Of a DNA stretch of 64,000 nt, positions 45,849 to 53,954 are shown one piece after another. This DNA comes from an uncultured Chloroflexia bacterium (GTDB taxonomy: Bacteria; Chloroflexota; Anaerolineae; Anaerolineales; UBA4823). The translations under genes were made by a program, and so were the position numbers. The notes below the pieces were generated by a model that had not been told where the DNA came from, made no database searches, and worked only from the letters and a program-made list of their open reading frames with translations. Numbering within the stretch: the first letter of the stretch is position 1; each line of letters opens with the position of its first letter. The stretch spans positions 81,390 through 145,389 of the forward strand of contig CAWBGK010000020.1 of NCBI GenBank assembly GCA_963788305.1, written 5' to 3'.

Positions 45849-46742
45849 ATGTCAACGATTCCCCCTTCACGAAGCTCTACAGACGCAATCCGCAAGAAAA
45901 CTACCACCATTACCCTGCGCCAGAAAAAAAGGGCAGGCGAGCCGATCAGCATGCTGACCGCATACGACTACCCGACCGCCATGGCAGTTGACCAGGCCGG
46001 GATCGACGCGATCCTGGTCGGAGATTCGCTCGGGATGGTCGTGTTGGGTTACCCCAACACGCTGCCTGTCAATATGGAGGAGATGCTCCACCATTGCAGG
46101 GCGGTCTCACGCGGCGCCCAACACGCGCTGCTCATTGGCGATATGCCATTTATGTCTTACCAGGTCTCAACCTCGGAAGCGGTCCGCAACGCAGGGCGGT
46201 TCCTGCAGGAAGCCGGCATGGACGCGGTCAAGCTGGAAGGCGGCCGGCCTCGTTTGGACGCGATCCGGGGAATCCTTTCAGCCGGCATACCGGTGATGGG
46301 CCATCTTGGCCTCACACCCCAAAGCATCCATCAATTAGGGGGGTTTCGGCCTCAAGCCCGCGAAGTCGAAGCTGCCCTCAATTTGCTGGAAGATGCCATT
46401 CTGCTCCAGGAAGCCGGATGCTTCAGCATCGTGCTGGAATCGGTTCCGGCCCGGCTTGCTGCTGCGGTTTCCGAGCGGTTGGAGATTCCGACGATCGGCA
46501 TCGGAGCAGGCGCCGGCTGCGACGGCCAGGTCCTGGTCACCCACGATCTCTTGGGGCTCTTCGAGCGTTTCACCCCGAAATTTGTGAAAAAATATGCCGA
46601 TCTTTACAACGAGATGGCCCAGGCTTTCTCTGCCTATAAGGCCGATGTTGAATCGCGCGGCTTCCCGGCGCAGGAACACAGCGTCGAGATGTCCGATCAA
46701 GAATGGAATCAATTTTTACAGGTGGTGACTGATGAGTTATGA
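45849..46742 (+). CDS. panB: 3-methyl-2-oxobutanoate hydroxymethyltransferase
   Basis: MLTAYD, LVGDSLG, VKLEGG, GHLGLTPQS. Confidence 0.98.
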   Translation: MSTIPPSRSSTDAIRKKTTTITLRQKKRAGEPISMLTAYDYPTAMAVDQAGIDAILVGDSLGMVVLGYPNTLPVNMEEMLHHCRAVSRGAQHALLIGDMPFMSYQVSTSEAVRNAGRFLQEAGMDAVKLEGGRPRLDAIRGILSAGIPVMGHLGLTPQSIHQLGGFRPQAREVEAALNLLEDAILLQEAGCFSIVLESVPARLAAAVSERLEIPTIGIGAGAGCDGQVLVTHDLLGLFERFTPKFVKKYADLYNEMAQAFSAYKADVESRGFPAQEHSVEMSDQEWNQFLQVVTDEL

Positions 46743-47649
46743 TCCAAATAATTCGGTTTTGATCATGGGGACAGGCGCGATGGCCTGTCTCTTCGCGGCG
46801 AGGCTTTCTGCCGCCGACGTTCCGGTCTTTATGTATGGCACCTGGCCTGAAGGCAGGCACGCCCTCCAGACGGCAGGCGTCCGGCTGGTCAACGAGACCG
46901 GAGAAGAGCACGCTTACCCTGTGCAGGTGATCTCGCAGCCAATGGATTGCCCCGGGTCGCGGTATGCATTGGTTCTCGTCAAATCCTGGCAAACCCAGCG
47001 CGCCGCCCGTCAGCTCGCCGACTGCCTGGCGCCAAACGGCGTGGCGCTTACCCTTCAAAACGGGGTCGGAAACCGAGAGGCGCTCTCTAAAGCCCTGGGC
47101 GCCAAACGGACCAGCCTGGGCGTCACCACGATTGGCGCCACGCTGCTCGGCCCCGGGAGGGTCCGCGAAGCGGGTGAGGGGGTGATTTCAATGAGCGGTC
47201 ATCCTCAGCTTTTGCCGCTGGCAAACATGCTGCGCGCAGCCGGGTTCCTGATCGAGATCGAGCACGACCCGACCGCGATGCTTTGGGGTAAGCTGGTGAT
47301 CAACGCTGCGATCAATCCGCTCACTGCAATCCTGGAAATCCCGAATGGAGAGCTGTTAGCCAGGAGCCCGGCGCGCCTCTTGATGCAGTCGATCGTCCGA
47401 GAAGCAGCCGCGGTCGCAGTCGCTCAGGGTATCCGCCTGCCCTATCCCGATCCAGTCGTCGCAGCAGAAGCGATCGCCCGCCGGACCGCCCTCAACCAAT
47501 CATCCATGCTCCAGGATGTGCTGCGCGGCGCACCGACAGAGGTCGACCAGATCTGCGGGGCGATCGTCCAGGCAGGCGAGAACACCGGCGTGCCCACGCC
47601 GAGCATCCGGACCGTCTGGCAGCTCGTCCGGGCTCTTCGACCGGAGTAG
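46732..47649 (+). CDS. panE: 2-dehydropantoate 2-reductase
   Basis: GTGAMA, LQNGVG, WGKLVINAAINP, SSMLQD, TEVD. Confidence 0.95.
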   Translation: MSYDPNNSVLIMGTGAMACLFAARLSAADVPVFMYGTWPEGRHALQTAGVRLVNETGEEHAYPVQVISQPMDCPGSRYALVLVKSWQTQRAARQLADCLAPNGVALTLQNGVGNREALSKALGAKRTSLGVTTIGATLLGPGRVREAGEGVISMSGHPQLLPLANMLRAAGFLIEIEHDPTAMLWGKLVINAAINPLTAILEIPNGELLARSPARLLMQSIVREAAAVAVAQGIRLPYPDPVVAAEAIARRTALNQSSMLQDVLRGAPTEVDQICGAIVQAGENTGVPTPSIRTVWQLVRALRPE

Positions 47650-47651
47650 TG

Positions 47652-48494
47652 ATGAAAACGATCCTATCGATTGAGGATTTACGGTCAGAGCGCCGGCTCT
47701 TAGCCGATCCGCTCGGCTTTGTTCCCACGATGGGCTACCTGCATGACGGTCATTTATCACTCGTCAGGGCAGCCAGAGATCAATGCGCCAGCGTGGCGGT
47801 CAGCATCTTCGTCAATCCTTCTCAATTCGGTCCGCAGGAAGACCTCAGCCGCTACCCGCGCGACCTGCCTCGCGACCTGGCTCTGCTCGAAGCCGCCGGC
47901 GTCGACCTGGTGTGGACCCCAACCGCCGAGATGATGTATCCTCCCGGCTTTCAGACCTGGGTGAGCGTTGACGAAGTATCAGCTCCGCTCGAAGGCTCGA
48001 TGCGTCCGGGGCATTTTCGCGGTGTGGCGACTATCGTCGCAAAGCTCTTCAACGCCGTCCAACCCACGAAGGCGTATTTCGGCCAGAAAGACGCCCAGCA
48101 GGCTGCGGTGATCCGCCGGATGGTAGCTGACCTGAACTTCAACCTGGAGATCGTCGTCTGCCCGATCCAGCGCGAACCCGATGGGCTGGCCCTTTCAAGC
48201 CGCAACATCTATCTCGACCAGGGACAGCGAACGGCTGCTGTCGTGCTGAGCCGGGCGCTCCGGGCTGCAGAGGCAGCATTTAACCGCGGCGAACACCGGG
48301 CAGAACGCCTCCGGGCGATCATGACCGAAACCATCCAGGCCGAGCCTCTGGCTGAGTTGCAGTACGTCTCCTGCGCCGACCCGCTCAGCATGCAGGAGAT
48401 CGAAGGGCTGATCCCGGATCGAGCCCTGCTCTCGATGGCGGTGTTCATCGGGAAAACCCGCCTGATCGATAATTTGGTCCTGGGAGGCGAATGA
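47652..48494 (+). CDS. panC: Pantoate--beta-alanine ligase
   Basis: PTMGYLHDGH, RPGHFRGV, FGQKD, LSSRN, RLIDN. Confidence 0.98.
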   Translation: MKTILSIEDLRSERRLLADPLGFVPTMGYLHDGHLSLVRAARDQCASVAVSIFVNPSQFGPQEDLSRYPRDLPRDLALLEAAGVDLVWTPTAEMMYPPGFQTWVSVDEVSAPLEGSMRPGHFRGVATIVAKLFNAVQPTKAYFGQKDAQQAAVIRRMVADLNFNLEIVVCPIQREPDGLALSSRNIYLDQGQRTAAVVLSRALRAAEAAFNRGEHRAERLRAIMTETIQAEPLAELQYVSCADPLSMQEIEGLIPDRALLSMAVFIGKTRLIDNLVLGGE

Positions 48495-48495
48495 G

Positions 48496-49260
48496 ATGCT
48501 CCTTGCGATAGACGTCGGCAACACCAATCTGACGCTCGGCCTCTACCAGGGCAAAGAGCTTGGCCCACGCTGGCGGCTGGCTACGGTCCACGACCGCATG
48601 CCGGACGAGTACGGGCTTCAGTTCATCGGGCTGCTGAACCATGCCGGTTTCGGACCCGCAGATATCGATGGGATCTGTCTGGCTTCTGTCGTCCCGCCGT
48701 TGACCGGCAAAGTCGTTGAAGCCTGCCAGCGCTACCTTGAAAATGATCCGCTCGTCGTCGACGCCGGGGTAAAGACGGGTGTTCGCATTCGCTACGAAGA
48801 TCCCCGCGCCGTCGGCGCAGACCGCGTCGCAGATGCTGCTGCTGTCCAGGTGCAGTACGGCGGACCGGCTTGCGTCGTCGATTTCGGAACAGCGACAACC
48901 TTCGACGCGATCTCGAAAGATGGGGATTATCTCGGTGGGGCGATCGCCCCGGGAATCGGGATCGCCTCCGAAGCGCTGTTCATCCACGCCGCCAAGCTGC
49001 CCCGGGTTGACCTTCAGCGCCCGCCGGCCGCAATCGGCCGCAACACCGTGCATGCGATGCAGTCCGGGCTTTTATTCGGCTATACCTCGATGGTGGAGGG
49101 CATGGTTGACCGCTTCCGGCGCGAGCTCGGCAAGGATATGAAAGTGATAGCCACCGGCGGGCTGGCGGAGCTGATCGCTCGGGAGACCGAAGTGCTGAAA
49201 ATCATCGCCCCCTGGCTCACTTTGGATGGATTGCGGATCATTTGGGACCTGAACCGCTGA
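48496..49260 (+). CDS. coaX: Type III pantothenate kinase
   Basis: IDVGNT, VGADR, VDFGTATT, GGAIAPG. Confidence 0.97.
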   Translation: MLLAIDVGNTNLTLGLYQGKELGPRWRLATVHDRMPDEYGLQFIGLLNHAGFGPADIDGICLASVVPPLTGKVVEACQRYLENDPLVVDAGVKTGVRIRYEDPRAVGADRVADAAAVQVQYGGPACVVDFGTATTFDAISKDGDYLGGAIAPGIGIASEALFIHAAKLPRVDLQRPPAAIGRNTVHAMQSGLLFGYTSMVEGMVDRFRRELGKDMKVIATGGLAELIARETEVLKIIAPWLTLDGLRIIWDLNR

Positions 49261-49853
49261 GCTTCCTGGAGATCCAAACCCGGACTGGTTGGGCGCGCAC
49301 GCTGCAGGGTTTCGCCGAATGGTGCAGTCCGCAGCCTGGCTGGAGGGTGCTGGATGTCGGCTGCGGTCCTGGCTTGCTGCCGGGGATTTTTAAAGCTGCC
49401 GGCTGCACGGCTTTCGGCGCGGACATCGATCCCGACCTGCTCACCGGCGAACGCCTGCATCCTGAGCTGCTCCAGGCGGATGCCTGCCGCCTTCCGTTTG
49501 CAGAGCGCACCTTCGACCTGGTCACCGCCAGCAACCTGCTTTTCCTGCTTGCCGACCCGCTCACGGCGCTGGTCGAATTCAGGCGGGTCGTCAAACCCGG
49601 CGGGCAGATCGCCCTGCTCAACCCGTCTGAAAAGATGAGCCTCTCCGCCGCAGCCGCCCTGGCGGACGAGCGCGGCCTGCAGGGGTTGGCGCGTGAATCT
49701 CTGCTAAACTGGGCCCGCCTCGCTGAAACCCATTGGCGTTGGGACAGTGCGGATCTGAATAATCTGATGGATGCCGCCGGGCTGCATATTCAAGCATCGA
49801 CCTTGAAAGTTGGGGAAGGTCTGGCCCGGTTTATAAAAGTCGTCCGGCTTTGA
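49242..49853 (+). CDS. Class I SAM-dependent methyltransferase
   Basis: VLDVGCGPG, ADACRLPF, RVVKPGG. Confidence 0.88.
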   Translation: MGPEPLSFLEIQTRTGWARTLQGFAEWCSPQPGWRVLDVGCGPGLLPGIFKAAGCTAFGADIDPDLLTGERLHPELLQADACRLPFAERTFDLVTASNLLFLLADPLTALVEFRRVVKPGGQIALLNPSEKMSLSAAAALADERGLQGLARESLLNWARLAETHWRWDSADLNNLMDAAGLHIQASTLKVGEGLARFIKVVRL

Positions 49854-50491
49854 GTTTATCGGAGGAATACCGTTTGGAAACGCTGATCCTGCCTGCAGCA
49901 GAAGAGGCATCATTATCGGCTGCCCTGGATTTGATCCGCTTGGGAGAGCTCGTGGCCTTTCCCACCGACACGGTCTATGGCCTGGGAGCAGCCCTGGAAA
50001 ACCCCGAATCGATCGAGCAGCTCTACCGGGTTAAAGACCGCGAGGCTTCCAAAGCGATTGCCGTCCTGGTCGGCGATCCATCCGATGCAGTCAGGGCAGC
50101 ATTATCCATGCAAGGGATTGCGGAAAGGCTGGCATCGCGTTTCTGGCCCGGTCCGCTCACCCTTGTCGTCTCCCGCCGCCCGGACCTGCCTGAGAACCTC
50201 TCTCCGCAGGCGACCATCGGAATCCGGATGCCGGATCATGCATTGGCCCTCCGCCTGCTGCAGAACACCGGCCCGCTGGCGGTCACCTCCGCTAACCTGT
50301 CGGGCTCGCCCAACACGACCTCTGCCCGGGAAGTATATGATCAGCTCGCCGGTCGGATCCCGCTGATCCTGGACGGCGGGCGCACACCCGGAGGGCAGCC
50401 CTCGACCGTAGTGGACTGCACTGCAGGTGAGCCGGTCATCCTCCGCCCCGGCCCGATCAGCCTCGAGCAGCTGCTCGATGCACTGTCCTGA
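49850..50491 (+). CDS. tsaC: L-threonylcarbamoyladenylate synthase (TsaC/Sua5, YrdC domain only)
   Basis: FPTDTVYGL, FWPGPLT, TSANLSG, PSTVVD. Confidence 0.93.
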   Translation: MSLSEEYRLETLILPAAEEASLSAALDLIRLGELVAFPTDTVYGLGAALENPESIEQLYRVKDREASKAIAVLVGDPSDAVRAALSMQGIAERLASRFWPGPLTLVVSRRPDLPENLSPQATIGIRMPDHALALRLLQNTGPLAVTSANLSGSPNTTSAREVYDQLAGRIPLILDGGRTPGGQPSTVVDCTAGEPVILRPGPISLEQLLDALS

Positions 50492-50699
50492 TCCCGCTCG
50501 ATTCTCATGGACCCTTCAAGGGGCATTCATACCGGCTTAAGCTCGATCGGTATAATAGGAATTACATTCTCCCTTAACAAAAATCCGTGCAGGCGGCGTG
50601 GTTGGCAGACCATTCCAGGCACGGTTTTTGTTTTAACAGCCAGGCGTCAACCCCACTCATCCGCCTTCTTATTCTCGAAGAAAATAAATAAATGCGCAG

Positions 50700-51490
50700 T
50701 TATCCTGCCGCGGTTAAGTGACTCCTGGCAAGCGGGAGCGATGTCTCTTCTCCGATCGTCCCGATTCTTCCTGCCAGCGCTGCCCCGATGATCCCGGCTT
50801 CGTTCAGCATCTGCGCCGCGACCAATTCGGTCGGCACATCCATGAATTCCTTGAAAGAATCGAATTTATTGCTCGTTCCGCCGCCCAGGATGATCAGGTC
50901 GGGTGAAAAGAGGAAGCAAAGTATGTTAAGGTAGCGGTTGAAGCGCTTGCCCCATTTTTTCCAGGAGAGCTCCTCGCGTTTCGCGCCGCGTCGGAAGCCT
51001 GCCATTCGGCGTCCTGTCCGTCCATCTCGATGTGTCCCAGCTCTGCGTTCGGTAGCAGGTACCCGTCCGTGAAAAGGGCGGTCCCCAAACCGGTGCCGAT
51101 CGTGACGATCAGCACCACCCCCTTGCGGTCGCGTCCGGCGCCAAAGCGCATCTCGGCCAGGCCGGCCGCGTCGGCGTCGTTGACTATCCAGGTCGGGCAG
51201 CCGGTCTTCTGGGCGATCTGGGCCGCAGCGTCATATCCGATCCATCTTTTAGAGACGTTCGCCGCTGAAAGCGTCACCCCATGCCGCACCACACCCGGGA
51301 AGCCGCACCCGATTGGACCAGTCCACTGAAAATCCCGGACGATCCCGGAGATCAATTCGATCATCGGTTCAGGATTCGCACCCGGGGGCGTCGGCACGCG
51401 CAGCCGCTCCGCCAGCATCTGGCCGGTATCCGTATCCACCGGTGCACCTTTGATCCCCGATCCTCCGATGTCGATCCCCAAGACCTTCAT
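50700..51490 (-). CDS. ppgK: ROK-family polyphosphate glucokinase (indel near 50980)
   Basis: [41 protein letters not shown]. Confidence 0.9.
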
Positions 51491-51567
51491 CCCAACCTCC
51501 TGATATCCATCATTCTATTTTAAGCATTGGATATGAAATTATATCCGTCTTCTATTCAGATAGGAGA

Positions 51568-51714
51568 TCAACGTCGAAAAGGTCTAGAGGTCTCCCATGT
51601 CAGACGCGGCTCAGCATATTGGATCAGCGCATAACCACCTATAACCAGATATCTAACGTCGTTGGCGTTGAAAAGTTTCAACAGATCGCTGAAGTCGGAG
51701 TTGATGAACATCAT
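51568..51714 (-). pseudogene. Truncated nucleotidyltransferase-like (DUF6036-type) gene remnant, 48 aa
   Basis: MFINSDFSDLLKLFNANDVRYLVIGGYALIQYAEPR followed by unrelated sequence and a stop before the expected T.D.D motif. Confidence 0.7.
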
Positions 51715-51871
51715 ATCCTTTAACAGACCAGACGTGTTCGATCATTTCCCAGGCAGCCTTTATGCGTGCTTCAGAGCTCTGGGATTGCCAGAAAATAAGG
51801 TCAAAAGACCGGTCCAGATCCTCAATTTTACCTTTTCGCTCGACAAATATGCCTTTCACCATCGTCCTCAA
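51653..51871 (-). CDS. Small hypothetical protein (partner of the nucleotidyltransferase)
   Basis: D..FWQSQS.EAR..AAWE...RLQRSV pattern typical of small genes preceding such NTases; overlaps the remnant. Confidence 0.65.
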   Translation of the reverse strand: MRTMVKGIFVERKGKIEDLDRSFDLIFWQSQSSEARIKAAWEMIEHVWSVKGYDVHQLRLQRSVETFQRQRR

Positions 51872-51966
51872 AACAAGATTATAGCACGCTCACATCCGTC
51901 GGAGCTCAGCCGCCCGGTTTAACGGCTTTCTGCGTTATAATGTCCCGCTTGTAGGAAGGATGATTT

Positions 51967-52591
51967 ATGAACGAGCCATCTCTAACGATCCCCTGCGATC
52001 ATCTTCGATTACGGCGGTGTCCTGGTGGATTGGGATCCGCGCTACCTCTACCGCAAGCTCTTAAACGGCGATGAGCAGGCTGTTGAACAGTTCCTGAAAG
52101 AGGTCCGCTTCTTCGAATGGAACGTCCAGCAGGACGCCGGTCGGCCTTTCCACGACGCGATCCTCGAGATCTGCAGCCGCTACCCCCAGCATTGCGAGCT
52201 GATCCGGGCTTACGACCAGCGCTACGAGGAATCGATCTCCGGGCCGATCTGGGCGACGGTCGAGATCCTGCGCGAGCTGAAAACCCTCGGCTACCCGCTC
52301 TACGGGCTGAGCAACTGGCCGGCCGAAAAGTTCCCCCCCGTGCGCGACAAATACGAGTTCTTCAGCTGGTTTGACGACATCATGATCTCGGGCGATGTCA
52401 GGCTGGCCAAGCCCGACCCGGCCATTTTCCACCTGCTGAGCGAGCGGATCGGGCATCCCCCGCAGGATTGCCTATACATCGATGACGCCCTCCACAATAT
52501 CGACGTCGCCAGCGAGCTGGGCTTCCAGGTCATCCATTTCAAATCTGCGGACCAGCTCAAAGATGATCTAAGAGCCCTCAGAATCCTTTGA
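51967..52591 (+). CDS. HAD-family phosphatase (indel near 51990)
   Basis: IFDYGGVL, LSNW, KPDPAIF, YIDD. Confidence 0.9.
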
Positions 52592-52648
52592 TTCTGCGCT
52601 GATCTCAAGCCTGCATCCCAACCATTTTTCTCGATAGCGCTGGTAAGA

Positions 52649-53044
52649 CTACCCTCCTGCCTGGACCACGGCGTCCGCCTCGATCTCCACCAGCCACTCA
52701 GGATCGATGAACCCGGCGACCTGCACCATCGTGCTGGCGGGGCGGATGTCCTTGAAATACTCCCCCAGCACGGTCGCCACCTTTTCCCAATCCGCGATGT
52801 CGACCAGGTAGATCCTGATCCTCACCACATCATAAAGCGAGCCGCCGGCAGCTTCCAGGGCAGCCCGGATGATCTCCAGGCAGCGGCGCGCCTGTCCGGC
52901 AGCCTCGCCCGGGCTGGCGGTGCTGCGGTCTGGTCCGATCGGCGCAGTCCCGGAAACCGCGATGAGATTGTCGAGCCGTACGGCTCGCGAGAAACCGATC
53001 ACCGCTTCATATGGGCTTCCACTGGAAATATTTTTTCGGGTCAT
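52649..53044 (-). CDS. RidA/YjgF family protein
   Basis: GFSRAVR, VSGTA, RPASTMV, LVEIEA. Confidence 0.92.
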   Translation of the reverse strand: MTRKNISSGSPYEAVIGFSRAVRLDNLIAVSGTAPIGPDRSTASPGEAAGQARRCLEIIRAALEAAGGSLYDVVRIRIYLVDIADWEKVATVLGEYFKDIRPASTMVQVAGFIDPEWLVEIEADAVVQAGG

Positions 53045-53045
53045 G

Positions 53046-53309
53046 TTATTCCTTCTTATCGATATTGACCTTCATACCCTTGTTTCCCCCCAGGACCATC
53101 GACAGTCCGAGCAAGAAACCGAAATTGTACCAACCGCCGTTGTTGTGGGGCTCATATATTCCAACCTTCTTGTTGAACAGGGTCATAAAGAAGGCAAATG
53201 GCAGGGTAAATCCATGCCAGAGACCCTGCCAGAAACCGGCCACATCTCCCTTTGGGGATTCTGTGTTGACCAGCTCGTTTGGGGTTGCTGAAACGAATAT
53301 CTTATTCAT
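53046..53309 (-). CDS. Small conserved membrane protein
   Basis: AGFWQGLWHG...IYEPHNNGGWYNFGFLLG; GGAG RBS. Confidence 0.75.
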   Translation of the reverse strand: MNKIFVSATPNELVNTESPKGDVAGFWQGLWHGFTLPFAFFMTLFNKKVGIYEPHNNGGWYNFGFLLGLSMVLGGNKGMKVNIDKKE

Positions 53310-53478
53310 ATACTGACTCCTGTATTTTCTTTTTGAGATGATATCTGGCTATTACAAAAGTGTTTGCCTCGCCTGTTTGGTCCTCATTATCTCCTGAGAT
53401 TATACAACTGCAGCCTGGTTTTGCCAGGCAGGAAGAGCAGTCCACCTGACTGACAGCCGATTTTTTTCAAAGCCATCG

Positions 53479-53507
53479 TTGACCCAACCGCAAACATGTG
53501 GCATAAT
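53479..53507 (+). promoter_or_regulatory. Sigma70 promoter of T-box/ileS
   Basis: TTGACC-N17-CATAAT. Confidence 0.8.
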
Positions 53508-53526
53508 CCCGCCTATCTGAATTGCC

Positions 53527-53910
53527 CAACGGCTATGATGGAAACGAGTACGCTGATCCCTACCTGACAGCGATCCCGGGGCAATGGGTGCAAGCCGGGA
53601 CAGGCCTCCAGCCGAAAATCCTTCCGGAGTCGCGAGCAGAAATGGTTATTGGTTGTTAGTTATTGGTTCTTTGTTCTTGGCAGGAAAGTGTTGATCATAA
53701 GTTGTATTAAATGCCTTAAACTAACAACTAAAAAACTAATCACCAAAAACCAAAGTAATCCCCGCCGGGTCCGTCCCCCGTTATCCTCGACGCAGGCATC
53801 GCCGATTTCAACCTCGGCGCCTGGCCGAGCTGCCCGCCTCTGCGCGGGAAGCAGGGTGGTACCGCGGGAGCTTTCTCTCGTCCCTGGATTTGGACGGGAG
53901 TTCTTTATTT
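53527..53910 (+). ncRNA. Ile T-box riboswitch (transcriptional) with expanded stem II
   Basis: GCTATGATGGAAACGAGTA 5' stem I, AGCGA and GGTG boxes, specifier ATC 53618-53620, CCGTTA box, T-box AAGCAGGGTGGTACCGCG 53849-53866, terminator 53875-53910. Confidence 0.93.
53644..53752. repeat. Inverted pair of heptamer tandem arrays inside the T-box
   Basis: GGTTATT GGTTGTT AGTTATT GGTTCTT TGTTCTT ... TTAAACT AACAACT AAAAACT AATCACC AAAAACC. Confidence 0.85.
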
Positions 53911-53954
53911 AATCTACGTTCGAACCTTAGTTCGAACGTTCTATCGGAGGAATC

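Noticed and set aside
53649-53912. 87-aa ORF as a leader peptide
   Set aside because: It is a translation of the T-box RNA and heptamer repeats, with no RBS.
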